DNA from: Antedon mediterranea
Lineage: Eukaryota; Animalia; Echinodermata
Assembly (NCBI RefSeq): GCF_964355755.1
Contig: NC_092672.1
Location: 32,928,437 to 32,992,436, forward strand
DNA length: 64,000 nucleotides
Direction: 5' to 3'
Made by a program: the position numbers and the translations under genes. Every line of letters starts with the position of its first letter. The stretch's first letter is position 1. Positions 16,810-29,991 of the stretch are shown here, in pieces. The notes beneath the pieces are model-generated. The model was not told where the DNA came from, did no database searches, and saw only the letters and a program-made list of their open reading frames with translations.

Positions 16810-17012
16810 AGACCAACTCAGACAGCGTCGTACAACGAGGCCCGAAGAAACGTCTCGACTCATCAGTGTTGTCCGAGTTGAATACTGAAGAGACAAGTCG
16901 TCTTGAAATAGCGTCGGGCATAGTTTTAAGGTCGTCGCGAGAACTTTAAACATTTACTCCCGACGAGACAATTTGTCGGGCCTCGTCGTACTATGCTGTC
17001 TGAGTTGGCCTT
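16810..17012. mobile_element. About 200-bp MITE (PIF/Harbinger-like)
   Basis: Imperfect TIR AGACCAACTCAGACAGCGTCGTACAACGAGGCCCGA / TCGGGCCTCGTCGTACTATGCTGTCTGAGTTGGCCT in TTA context. Confidence 0.8.
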
Positions 17013-17509
17013 TACGGTACAAAAACCGCTTGGCCCTCACTCATTTAACTGGCGAATCTTAACAAAATTTCATGAATGCAAGTTTAAATCCTACAGTTCA
17101 TTTGTAAATTTGTCTTGCTAACATTTCCTCAACACGTTTCATCAAACTTTCATCTACAAAATTGTTATCTGAATCAAGATGTTTTATGAAGCGTGTTCCA
17201 AAAGATGACCACAACAATAATTGTGATGTTGATTCCAAGACTAAATCCTAACAGCATATACATCACAGGTGAAGACGCTGCCTGTTGATTCTTTTCGCCC
17301 GACAAGTCTTAAACATTAATAATAAATAAATAAATATTAATATAAATGATTACTCGAAAATATAAAATAAGTAGTTTATAAATTTAAATTTATTTGATTT
17401 TTTCACCTTTATTTATTCATTCAATGTTTTATAAATAAAATTTACAAATGTTTTTACATTTTCTAGCTTTTTTTCGTTATTTTCTTATTTTTGTTTTCAT
17501 CCTCTTTAT

Positions 17510-17666
17510 AGCTCTGTCTACACTATCAAACTTTATGTGACAAAAACGATGTGATTTACCCATATATGGACATGACCTCATATCACTATCATATTTGTGT
17601 ATCACTACCATATTTGGCCACATCATACCTTTTTTGTCAAACTAGTTTGATAGTGTAGACAGAGCT
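17510..17666 (+). mobile_element. MITE family B, complete
   Basis: Full TIRs AGCTCTGTCTACACTATCAAAC. Further copies near 18439, 20170, 24259, 27631, 27845, 28834, 29541, 33440, 37475, 38475, 46920, 57637 and 59550. Confidence 0.85.
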
Positions 17667-18805
17667 TAATATCTATATTTTTAACCTTTATAATACTATT
17701 ATTATACTCGGATTAATATCTATCTACCCATTAGTATAATTATATGTAGTGTCATATTCATATATTTATTTTGTCTATTACTTAACATTGTTTAAAAAAA
17801 AATCTGTTTGCTGTGTTTTCTGTATATTTTCTGAACACAATACAAGTATTTGTTCCTGAAACATTATTTTCTTTATTTACAGTATTTATTTATCTGGATT
17901 TGTTTGTGATTTTTATTTATTTAATATCTATTTTATTTATATTTTAATATTAGAAATATGCCCTTAGTGGGAAACCGCTAACTTCTCTAAAAGCTCTATT
18001 GAAATTGTAACATAAAAATGCGGACAGCTTAAAATAATAAATCGACGTCATCAAAGAAAAGGTCAACTATCCAAACTGAATTGTGGGTAATGATGACATG
18101 CATTAAAAAGCGATTACAACAAGTTACTAATAACATTATCTTTTTCATTTTTTGTGATTGTTTGTGGCACTTGAGAAAAAAATTCTTTTTATTTTTCTGT
18201 GGTTATTATTTTAAAAGCAGAATTAGGCCATACAACATTTTGTTGTACGGTAATAGTGAAACATCATCCATGGTATTACCATGTTAAGTTCCCAGGAGAA
18301 TTTGCATAAGTTTTAAATGACCAGATAAGATGAAAAAAGTTATTAAACATTCAGTGCATGAGATATGATAGAGGGTAAAAAAGAAAAAAAAGGTAATGCT
18401 TACAATTCAAAACAATTACTGATAAAAATAATGACTAAGGCTCTGTCTACACTATCAAAATATGTGCCCAAATATGGTAGTGATATGCTTAAATATGGTA
18501 GAAGTGATATGACATCATTATAGACAGAGCTTTAAAGAGGATGAAAACAAAAAACAAACAAAAACGAAAAAAAGTTAGAAAATGTATAAACATAACGCTG
18601 TGATTAAATGAAACATATTTTTAATAACTGTTTTAAATGACAACATGAAAATAATGGTTAAATACACTAAAAGATTTAATGACATCGAGTTATAAGAGAG
18701 AGAGAGAGAGAGTATAACTAATCAATGTGAAAGTTTAGGGAATAACCCAAATCATTATCCAATTCTTTAACAAAAATTTGTTTTTATGTTTTCTTAGAGA
18801 CAATA

Positions 18806-19410
18806 TTGGAAGAATTTCATCTGGTTGTGGAATAGGTATTACATAAAATTTGATTTGATGTTGATCGACTCTTTTATTTGCCTTTTTTGAGTGTTGCATT
18901 CTTTCTCAAGAATAGCAGCGTTCCAATCAATGAGGTGATTGTATTGTAGTGCATGATCTGTTATTGCAGATTTTTTTATGATTGATGATGTAGACGATCT
19001 TTGAGCCCTGGTTAAAATCCCTCCCGTGTTGTTTTCTGTGTCTGTGCGATGTTCTTTTATGCGTGTTTTTAAAGCCCTCCCTGTTTCCCCTATGTAAGCT
19101 TGTGGACAGTTCAAACATTGTGGACACTCAAAAAAGGCAAATAAAAGAGTCGATCAACATCAGAAAACATGGAAAAATCATGAACAGAGATGAAGGAGCC
19201 CACGAATTGTCACACATTTATGATCAACTATTGGAGAAGGGGGCACGTCCTTTTGGACCTATTGGTGGCGCTATATCAACTCATCGTCGTCATGGGATTA
19301 ACAACGCTAGACGATGAAACGCCAGTTGAGAATGAAAACTGATAGGTTTCGAAACATACTGTAAGTTCGCTTATACTATTTTTGGTTGTTCAAAAAGAAA
19401 TTTTATGTAA
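18806..19410. mobile_element. Rearranged Penelope-like element fragment (GIY-YIG endonuclease C-terminus plus 3' end)
   Basis: Minus ORF 18839-19114 CPQAYIGETGRALKTRIKEH...SAITDHA...HLIDW...RQIKESINI and plus segment RQIKESINIRKHGKIMNRDEG.HELSHIYDQLL are typical Penelope GIY-YIG motifs. Flanked by the 12-bp direct repeat TTAGAGACAATA (18794 and 19411). Confidence 0.88.
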
Positions 19411-19423
19411 TTAGAGACAATAA

Positions 19424-22400
19424 TTATGAACAATAATATAATAGCCCAGAGTTCAATTCTACCAGGATTATTAATGGGCACAGCCAAACGCTAGCAGTAT
19501 CTTGTGACACTGTTTCATGCTACAGTAACTGGGGAAAAAAGATATATGAAATCAACTTTGATTACAACATTTTTGTAGTTTTTATTTAAGTATATTAATA
19601 AAAAAAAGTACACAAAATACAAAAAAGATGTCATTTAATGAAAAAAAAAACAAATAGAGATAAAGATGAAATAATAATACAAAAACAAGACAACTTGAGG
19701 AGATAACAACAATTGTTTTCTACCTTTTGTTTTCGTTTGGTAAAATCGTTCAGTCATGTTTGAATGCACACTGCCACGTACACTACTTGTATGACTACTT
19801 GCAAGGCTAACCGATATCGGCGTGTCCATATCTATAAAACAAACACTAGATATTTTAGCTAGTGTTTAAAGAGAAATTAAAACGTGAACAAATAATGAAA
19901 TAATAAAACTTTTTGGAATAGGCCATTTCATAGTTATAGTTTGAAAAAGTTATTCATTTTCATCACAACAAAAAATAATAATTCAGGTTTTAAAAAAGAT
20001 AATAAGCAATTACATTCAACTTCCAGACAATGGGCAAAGTTAAGTTTCTGGTTCTACCCAATTTTAGAAATACGAAGAATAATGTAATGTAATCTAGTAT
20101 TAGCCCCCAAAAAGCTTGCTAAATTATTGCATAAACAGGTTAAAGAATAAATAAAATAGATTTACTGCAGTAACTATCAAATTTTATGTGACAAAAAATG
20201 TGTTGTGCCCATATATGGACATGATGTTGTCAACTCACTACCATATTTAAGCATATCACTACCATATTTGGGTATATCACACTTGTTTAATTAAACTAGT
20301 TTAATAGTGTAGATCTTAAGAAATTACATTTAACTTCCCGACAATTTTTGTAAAGAAGGATTTTTTTCTTTGCCCCAATTTTTGGCAAAGCAAAATTTAG
20401 AAGCTTATGAGGCAGTCATTGTAATAAAAAAAATGTATGATTATTTTAGAAAAAGCTTTCCCAAATAATTGCATAATCTGGTTAAAGAATAAATCAAATC
20501 AGATTTATGATGCAGATGCAGCAGAATCACATTCACATGATCCCTTTAAATTTAAATAATCACCTGGAATCTTTCGTTTTCTAACTGAATCGCCAATCGT
20601 GAACTTTGCTGGGCTGATTAACGGGCGTCTCTCCTTTCCAGTGAGGCTTACGGTTTCACTTCCTATGAACAAGAACAAAAAATGTTTGTATTTAAAACAT
20701 TTTGGTGGCATTAAAGAAACCGCAACTTGCTATAATTATCTTGGTAACAAATTCCGTAGTAAATAGACCAACATTTTTTGCTTTATTTAATTGTGTGCGT
20801 AAATGTTTCTAAGCATGTGTCAACTGGCACGTAATATAAAAAATAGAAATTTGGAAGAAGTGCTTTTTGCAATGTGTTGGTCGTTGGTTGGCCCTTCATG
20901 GTTCTGGTAGTAGAACGAGTCTTCTCGGATAAGGACTGTAAAAAATATGTCCAGTGTACACATCTAGCTCATGTGCACTTTAAAGAACCTAGAGTACATC
21001 TTTCGAGAAGAGTAGGGGCTTACCCCGGTGTATTAGTACATCACAGCCACTGATCATAACTGGGCCCTCTGGAGACCAGTCTTTGATTGAAGAGGTCGCC
21101 CAGTATAAATAAAATATTTCAATTTATCTAAATAAATAACAAACAATTCATAAATCATATTTTTGCCTAGTTTGTATGCAAGTATTTCCATAATATTTAT
21201 CTCTATTTTCGTACACTGTGATTGGATCAAATTTGCGTAGTAATTTAACGGACATTCTGTAGAACTTCTGTAGACTGTGATGTGTACCACAATGCAACAC
21301 AGTCGAATGCAAACTATATCTGTACCTGGTTTTGCGGGATCATCTCCAGCAAGTGACAGCGATCCCAGCGAGCAATTGAGTGGATCGTCTGTCATCACAG
21401 TTACCTCACTAACTTTCTTTTGAACCAAACCATCAACTTCACAACTTGGTATTGAAGAAAAACTACTCTGTCTTGAAATATCTGTGAACACTGGCTGGTT
21501 TAATAATTTCCTTTAATAAAGAAAAAATAATGTTTTTGTTTTGTTTATTTTGGTAAATAAAAACGAAATTTTTTTTAATTGGTATAACCAACAGACCATA
21601 CTTACTGATTTTTAAGAACAATACTGTATTAAAGATATATTGTCCCTCTGAAAAATAATTTTTTGGTTGAATATGCCATAAGGTGATATAATAGTTATTC
21701 ATTTTGACCAAAAATTGGATCGGCAAAATAAATATTTACCTGAAAAAACTGTAATTTAAAAGCAAAAAAATTGTCTTTCAAACAATGGATTTTGGTTAAA
21801 TTAAAGTTTATTTTGTCTCTTTATAGGTGAAATCATTCTTTCTTTATTTTTTCTATGGAAAGTTTGATTTTATATTCTTAAATGTTCATGATTTTGGGGG
21901 CCAATACATCTTCAAAGTGATTTTTACTGATATGGTTGGCTGAAATATTATATAATTTACCCTCTGCAGTTAATTTTCAGTATTTTGGTTGAAAATTTTT
22001 CTTGAAAAAATTTTTTTTTATAAAGTTTGTTTATTGGCCTAAATATAACCCTGAATTTATTTGTTTATTGAAAATCATTTCTAAAAATATATTATATATA
22101 ACAATTTCACAGAACATAAACATCAAAAAACGTATTAACGCCATAAGTTGTTTATATGACACAACTATAGTTATCTTGACGCATTGATAGTCTAATCTTC
22201 TTTATCTAGATTTATCAAACCCTGTTCTGTTATTGCAAAATGTGTATTGTTATTTGTTTTTCATAAGTTCAGAAAAATATTCTCACCAATTAATAACACT
22301 TTTAATTTGAAATTTAAGAGAGCTGTAATTTTCTATTTTAGGAAGACAATTTTCAAAAATGTCTTTATATTTTGATAATAGAGTATGTTTATGTGTTTTG

Positions 22401-25400
22401 TATATCTAGATTATTTAAACCAATTATTCTATTTTAGTTACTGCAGTATCTAATACAATTTGTTTACTCTTTAACATATTTGTGTAAAAGCAGTTTTCAA
22501 TCAGTTATTTTAAAGAAAATGGAATCATCAAAACTATTTCATTTTCCGTTATTTCTATTGTTGCTAATTTGGAAACGTTGTTGTGTTTGTTTTGTTGTTC
22601 TTTTTTAAATGGTGATGGCAAAACGTGAATTAAACACACCAAGATAAGGACCCAAGTAAATCATATATTGGACATGTTTGTTGGTTAAGTTCAAAGGTAA
22701 GTAAACACAATACCTTAGTTTCTTATTGTCTCTCTCCATATACAATTTCCTCACAAATACCATCCCTAGCACACAGCCAATAACATCAAACGATATTGTA
22801 ACAAAAAACTTTTGCTGAACGTCAGTGGGAAGATCCTTTGAAATGACGTACGTCTCTAACTCACTGCGCCATGGAAACGCGCGGAAACCTCTATCAACGA
22901 TTGTGTCATGGTGTGGAAGAATCATAAGCATCCAATATAATATGCAAATTAGATCAATGATAGTTAACCTGGAAAAAAAAATATATTTTTTCTTTTGAAA
23001 CATGAATATTAAAAATGAGAGTGTATTATTACAATATATATTGAAACACTCAATGCCTTGAAATTAAGAGGAAAACTTCACTTTTTATGAACGTAAAAAA
23101 TGTTTTTTCCAACTTCTGTAGTAAACATAACGGTCAATTACTGGAACTGAAGTCTTAATTAAACCAAAAAGATGTAAGTTCACAAAGACACAAGTTTACA
23201 AAGAAAACAACACTTTTTAAAAAGTAACAAAAGTTTTTCCATGATCAATCAATATAAATAAAAATTATTGTTAAAAATGTTTAACTCAGAAATCCTTAAA
23301 GAAAAAAAAAATATATATTTCACTTTCAATCCCTACACATTTATTCATTCATTTTAAAGATAGTGACAAAATATGCAAATGAGAGCATTGGGGCCCAGAA
23401 CAAAAAACAAAGATTTAAATAATTATATTGTTTATGGCCGACGTCTGTCGTGAATGACAATGTCATTTAGATTTACATTGAAACTATAAGCCAGGACTGT
23501 TTAATGCACCTTGTTGGTCCTAACATTGATCTAAGCTCTAACCAGGCCCAAAGTTGATCTGACGAGAACCGGTGTTTCAACGTGGTAAAGTCGTATAAAA
23601 TAATTATAAACACAAATAATTATAAATTTGAATATAAATATATATAAAATAAATAATAAAGCAATTAAAAAAAATAATATGGGTTTTAATAAACTCAAGG
23701 ATCATGTCAAAGTGTATTCTACTACACACCGAACAAAGTGTCTTTTTAATAAGTGTTGAAAGGACAGTGTGGTATAAAACATGAAAAAATAAATAAAACA
23801 TTAAAATGTTATGTTGAATAGGAGTGACCTCTGAATTGGGGTGTCACAAAGGTCCCTTTCAGTTTGACTGGATAAGGCCTTTTTCTTGCATCAGTTAAAA
23901 AATACATTCCATAGAGGAGATGTTAATTTGAAGCTGAAAGGAGGTAAAATTCCTGAAAATTGATACAGGCATTTCATTGTAAACTGTAAGCTAATATGCT
24001 AATCTGTAATCAACAACCAACTCATAACAAAGCAACCCGAGTACAGTGCATATCTCATACTGAACTCTGGTGTACAAACAATGGGTTTGTTAAAATGTAG
24101 AACACCTATTCAGCATTGATTTGGAGTGACAGCTAAGGTTGTGTTCACAAGTCTAGATTAAGGCTGGCATATCATGTCTTGGAGTGACAGCTAAGGTTGT
24201 GTTCACAAGTCTAGATTAAGGCTGGCATATCATCTGAAGATGTGTTGACACGGTGTAAAGCTCTGTCTACACTATCAAACTTTATGTGACACAAAAATGT
24301 GACGTACCCAGATATGGACATGATGATGTCATATCACTACCATATTTTAAAATATCACCATATTTGGCACATCACACTTTTTTTTGTCAAATTAGTTTAA
24401 TAGTGTAGACATAGCTTAAGGCTGGCATGTCATAGAGTAACAGCTAAAGATGTGTTCACACGATGCAAGTCTAGAGTAAAGCTGGCATATCATGTCTTGG
24501 AGTGACAGCTAAGGGTGTGTTCCCACAGTGTAAGGCTAGAGTAAGGCTGGCATATCATGTCTTGGAGTGACAGCTAAGGGTGTGTTCCGACGGTATAAGG
24601 CTAGAGTAAGGCTGCCATATTATGTTGTTTGTATATTTACTCAAGGCAGTGGCGTTGTAAACACAACACACTAGCCCATATTCTTGGCATTTATGATAGC
24701 TAATGCCAGAAACGAATGCCGTTCAAATGACAATTTTTAATTGCGGTTTACCTCACTTAACTACTTTCACCATGCCTGAATGTACCCTAGTCCACGAAAT
24801 CAACTCCATACTTGTAATCAAACCTTTTATAAAGTAAAGCACTCAACCGTTGGAGATTTTTTTCAAACTTTACCATTATTATTTAAACTGCATTAAACAT
24901 ATTTTCAAATAACAGTAAAAATATCCTAATACTATGGCAAATTCATAAAGTAAAATGTTAGAATGTTTTGGAAGACGAATAATATTTACTACTTGACAAT
25001 ACTTTACCAAAAATAGCCAAAGAACTGTTATTAAACAAAGGGAAGACATGAAATATATACAGTCAATGGACTGATGTTAAAACATCCGCTGGAGCGACCA
25101 ATTTATTTGTAATATCAGATTTGTACACGTTTACGGGAACGATAATACTCGTAAAAAAAATGTCATAGAACATCACAATTTCTCGGAATGGTGCTGAATA
25201 GATGCACCTACACAATAATCTGAATATAACTTCTGTTTCTTTATTTTATTGTAGAAAGTATCAAAATCCTATTAACAGTCACTGTGGTGATTTGATTGAA
25301 AGTATAGGTATGACACGCCATGAATGTCAAAACCATTAAAAAAATGTTAAACCGTAGACCCCTCTAGCACATTATATTTTCTTTGTGTAAAAAAAAATGA

Positions 25401-28400
25401 AAACCGAAACTAGAAAGAGTGACAGAAAAAAATAAATATAGAAAGTGATTATTAATATCAAATTTTTAAAGAATTGATGAATGCATATTTACCAGAATGT
25501 AGTTAGTCTCAGTCTGGGATTATACTGTACTAGAATTGCATGAAAATGGAATTTGTTAAAATGTTGTGTCCAAATTTATCCTAAATTACAATCGAGTATG
25601 GGATAATACTCAGTAAAATAGGTGAATTGATAAATATCTATATACCTTACAGGTTTTCTTGATAGAACGGCTAGAATACTTATTACAACTGTGCATACAT
25701 TGATACTCAAGGATGCATGGTTCTTATCTGAAAGAAAAAACAAAAGGCGAATTTATCATGTTTTCCCCTAGAAATCTGAACTGTGCTTTTGCATACATGC
25801 CAACATCTGAAGTTCTAAAAATGGGAGGTGATATTTGTTTAAAAACAAAAACACTGCCCTTTATTTATTATCAAGACCAGGAGGCGATCCCAGTGTGACA
25901 AACAATATCGCTTGGTGGCTATTTGAGGGGAAACCCCTTCCATTTGAGAAAAAAATAATAACTTATGACCGCTTAAATATTGTAAATTGAAAAGTGTTTT
26001 TTTTAAATTAATTTTTAATATATTATTAATAGTATATTGCAATAACATTAATATACATGAACATTTCGGTTATCTTTTTAATCTGGGGAAAAAATTTTGA
26101 AAACCAGGAGCATGATGTTAGGCCGGGAAACAAGCCCAACGTACGGGAGTCTCCCGGAAAAACGAGAGCATGATGTCAGATCATGAGACGAGTCCAAAAT
26201 ATGGGAGTCTCCAGCCCAAAATGGGGTGTTGGCATATACGCATTCGTGCAGTGAAAAGTGGCCAATATTCTTACCTACAATAGTTTTCAAATATAATTGT
26301 GTTCTAAATGCTGCAACATCTAATATTATTAAAATAACCAGACAAAGTAGTACACACCATCGCAGGACAAACGGTAGTCGACGTGGTATTTGCTTTTTGG
26401 ATGTAAAGTTCTAACAAAATAGAAAATAACAAAACAAACTGAATGGCACATGAAGTGCATTTGTCAACATTTACAAATTGTAGTTACAGTACAACCTTCA
26501 TTTTACGTACCCTGGATTTTACGTACGCCTAAAATAACTGATGATGTCATCATTTTCTTACATTGAGGGTGCAATTTAACAACAACAAAGCATAATAAAA
26601 ATGGCTGTGTGAGGAATTCTGCTGTGTGAGACAAGCTACTCACGTGCATTCCCCTACAGCAGCGACTGTTTTTATTGATAGAAAATACAAGAACATTGAT
26701 ATTTTAATTTACACTTTATTTAAACATCGCACAGCCTGTATATACTGTACTTTTTTAGTTAGGCCTCACATCTTGCTAGGCCTGCTAGTGACCACCTGCA
26801 TGCTGTACAGTAAAGTAGGCAAACACGGTAGCCTTACAGTAGCTACGATCTCTACGTATTTGGGGTCAATTTAAGGTCAACCTTGATTTTACGAATCCTG
26901 TGTTTTACGTACGCCTTTCGGTCCCATGCCGTACGTAAAATGAAGGTTCCACTTTACTATGTTTATAAGATGTTTAAAATTAGTGGAGAACAGACTGTAT
27001 ACAGTAGAACACATGGTTGCGAAACTTCTATTCAGGGGACACTTTCCCGTGAAATAAAAAATTAAATGGGAAATAATATGTTTAAAACCACGACCAATCA
27101 CTATCCAAGGGACACCATTTAATAAGGATACAATTGTTTAATGTTTGGTCCAAAAGGTGTCACTTTAATAAGGGTTCTGCTGTATATTCTGTTACTTAAC
27201 TTTAAATGGATAATTTAAAGAGACACTTTCTTGTAAAACAAACAAGAGAAATAACGTTTAACATTATGACCAACTTCTATCCAAGGGACAGTCCTCAAAA
27301 AGGGTACATTTTTTAAAAATGTTTGGTCCTGAAGGTGTCCCTTTAAAGGGGGGTTTGGGGCGTTACAAATCACACAGAAGATAATTATGAAAAAGAGGCG
27401 TGGCATTATGGATTTACCTTAAACTGCATTAGTCTCTTCCCCAGCAGACTTCTCTGAACCCAGTCATCAACATTTTTTAGTTTTCGTTGAGTCTGGAGTT
27501 CACAGCCTAGGCACAATTGGTAAAGACTGTCCAAATGTGCCGAATATTCTTCAATTTCATAATCAAATGTTTTCTGAAATAAACAACAAATTATAAAATA
27601 CAATGTTCTGAATTACAATTTTGTAATTTAAAGCTCTGTCTATATCATCAAACTTTATGTGACAACAAATGTGATGTGACCATAATGATGTCATCATGTC
27701 ACTACCATATATGGGCACATTACACTTTTTTTGTCAAACTTGTTTGGTATTTACATGTGAAATATTTTTATTTACATGTGAAATATTTTTTAATATTTTG
27801 GCAAATTTTACTGGCCTTTTGTTCAAACATGCACATAAGTCTAAAGCTTTATCTACACTATCAAACTTTATGTGATCAAATATGATAGTGATATGGTATC
27901 ATCATGTCCATATATGGGCAAATCACTTTTATTTGTAACATAATGTTTGACAGTGTAGACAGAACTTAAACAAGTCTTTTGGGACTATTGACATGATTTG
28001 AACCCAGGAATACGAGATCAGCATCTAACCACCAAGCTACACCACTCCATGCAGAAATTGTTATTGTCTAATTATATTGGATTCTCTTTATTGATCAAAT
28101 TGTTACTCTGAAACATGTATTATCATACTTTTTACTGATCGTACAGTATTTCATTTATAATCTCCTTGTTTTTCTATATGTATGTATGGAGTGAGTGCAG
28201 AATCTGTTAGGGCTTTTAGCCTATTCTCATTCCTGGTTATTTTTACATTGATGACCGAATAAATATCATTATTATTTATATATTGTTTAAGGATTTGCTT
28301 AGAAACACGTGATTTCGAGGAGATACAGTAGCTCTTTTCAAAACAAACCACTTAAATAAGTTTATTACTGCACAACTGCTCTAGAGGGCGCTTTACTTGT

Positions 28401-29991
28401 TTACCTCATCATCAGGTACAAACATGGCAAGTTGTTGAACCTTAAGTTGTTGGTTTTGGTTACATTGATCACAGAGTATGTTGTTGAACCTTGGGTCGTC
28501 GCTAGTAGCCTTGGAGTTGCGAGCAAAAACACCTTGGTTGAACTCTGCGTAGTATTGTGATGGGATTGGTTTGTTGTAGTTTCCTTCCTGTAGAAATAGA
28601 ACATTATTATAACACACATGATTTTATTCTTGCAATTTGAGTGGTCAATTATGCATCACATTGGAATTAGTCCTATCTGATGATGACCTATGGTCAAAAG
28701 TACTAGTACAATAAATATTTCATTTTGAGGCAGAAACAAGAACTGTTTTATTTTTATTCATGATCCTGCCTGTGCAGCACCTACTTCTTGATAGTCCTAT
28801 CTTATCTAATTTTTGATAATTAACATACTCTAAAGCTCTGTCTACACTATCCAACTTTATGTGAGATGCTCATATATGGACATGATGATGTCATATATCA
28901 CTACCATATTTGGGCATATCACTACCATATCTGGTCACATCACACTTCTTTTCTCAAACAAGTTTGATAGTGTAGACAGCGCTTAATGCACCTTTAGGAG
29001 AGAACAAAGTGTTCCCTGAATAAGGATTTTCTGTGATGGTTCCACAGAAGTGTCACTTTAGGGGTCTCCCCTGAATAACAAATGTTCTAAAGGAGGGTTA
29101 TTCTCTATTTTTTTTCTTATTCGTTTCATGGGATATAGGAGTAACCCAAAGAACGGGTTTTTTACTTTAGTTTCAAGCTTGGCATTTTCAAATGAGCTAT
29201 CATACTTAGCATAAGACTGGATTGTAATATATGTTCTTTTGTAGATTTATAAAGTCTTTGATGACTTATTATCGATTCACCAGTTTTATGAGCATGTGTA
29301 GTAGTCTGTTATGCTCTACTGATTTTATTGCAAATTAAAAACTAACCCTATCAAAACCATTGTACTGGTTACAGTGTAAACAGTCCCAACAGTTGGCGTT
29401 TCCTGCTGGCACACTGGAGTTAACATTGCAGAACCAACAATTCACGATTACTTCTCTCTTTCTGAAACAAAAATCATCTACTGTAAATGATCAATCAATA
29501 TACAATGTAAAAAGTGCCTCTGCTAACTATGCAATGTTAAGCTCTGTCTACATTTGACAAAAAAGTGTGATATGCCCAAATATGGTAGTGATATGCCCAA
29601 ATATGGTAGGGATATGACATTATCATTTATAATGGGCATTTAACATTTTTTGTCACAAAAAGTTTGATACTTAAGTGTAGATAGAGCTTACAAGCGATAG
29701 AAAAACCTTTTTTTAATTGAATTACAAGTTGGATGTACTGTGTATCTTCAGTTTATTTTTGCATCGCATTTTGAGGTTAAACCACAAAATTTACTCACTA
29801 TTATTAAAACTCTGATAGAAACGAGCTGAGTCACTAATATTGGTACACTCCCCGTTTCCTTACAATTAAAACAATTTAAAAATAAACACTTACCTTTTAA
29901 AACGTCGCCATATGACAAAGCTAATGAAGATTACCAGAAATAATCCTGAGAAGATATGGATTGTATGCTGGCGAAATGACATCCATTCTTT
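19424..29991 (-). CDS. TMEM201: Transmembrane protein 201 (Samp1/Ima1 inner nuclear membrane protein); first and last exons uncertain
   Basis: Phase-consistent exons 29991-29894, 29461-29347, 28587-28405, 27573-27418, 26410-26275, 25727-25646, 22968-22714, 21510-21326, 20662-20564, 19831-19724, and possibly 19509-19424. Ima1_N motifs VNCWFCN...NCWDCLHCNQYNGF..EGNYNKPIPSQY...LCDQCNQNQQLKVQQLAMFVP...YQLCLGC, hydrophobic TM exons and the conserved RRPLISPA motif. A candidate upstream exon ends near 30578-30582. Confidence 0.9.
20879..21115 (+). mobile_element. 5'-truncated SINE with a Deu/Nin-like central domain, in a TMEM201 intron
   Basis: GTCTTCTCGGATAAGGAC...TTAAAGAACC...TTTCGAGAAGAGTAGGGGCTTACCCCGGTGT resembles the DeuSINE core as I recall it, followed by a LINE-like 3' tail and AATAAAA. 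Confidence 0.6.
21633..21912 (-). mobile_element. MITE family C copy
   Basis: TTAA-AGATATATTGTCCC ... GGGCCAATACATCT ends. Confidence 0.7.
24122..24625. repeat. About 56-65 bp minisatellite interrupted by a family B MITE (24259-24416, TAA TSD)
   Basis: Units TGGAGTGACAGCTAAGG(G/T)TGTGTTC...TAGA(G/T)TAAGGCTGGCATATCATGTCT; TAA on both sides of the MITE. Confidence 0.85.
26487..26954. mobile_element. About 470-bp Tc1/mariner/pogo-type MITE (TA target)
   Basis: TA-CAGTACAACCTTCATTTTACGTAC ... GTACGTAAAATGAAGGTTCCACTT-TA, with subterminal TTTTACGTAC repeats. Confidence 0.7.
27000..27185. mobile_element. Short Tc1/mariner-type MITE
   Basis: TA-CAGTAGAAC ... GTTCTGCTG-TA with internal TATTCAGGGGACAC; related pieces at about 27270-27350, 29005-29100 and 53155-53244. 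Confidence 0.55.
28668..28802 (+). mobile_element. Short insertion resembling a Penelope pLTR with a decayed hammerhead ribozyme core
   Basis: CTGATGA-TGACC-TAT-GGTC-AAAA-GTACTA followed by AATAAA, flanked by the direct repeat TAGTCCTATCT (28668 and 28792). Confidence 0.45.

Noticed and set aside
16845-16915. Hammerhead-like cores CTGATGAGTCGAGAC (-) and CTGAAGAGAC (+)
   Set aside because: No correctly placed GAAA or cleavage triplet; they are arms of the MITE's internal inverted repeat.
25100-25210. Open frame on the - strand as an extra TMEM201 exon
   Set aside because: It ends in a stop with no good donor, and exon 25727-25646 joins 22968 directly in phase (KPVR|LTIIDL).
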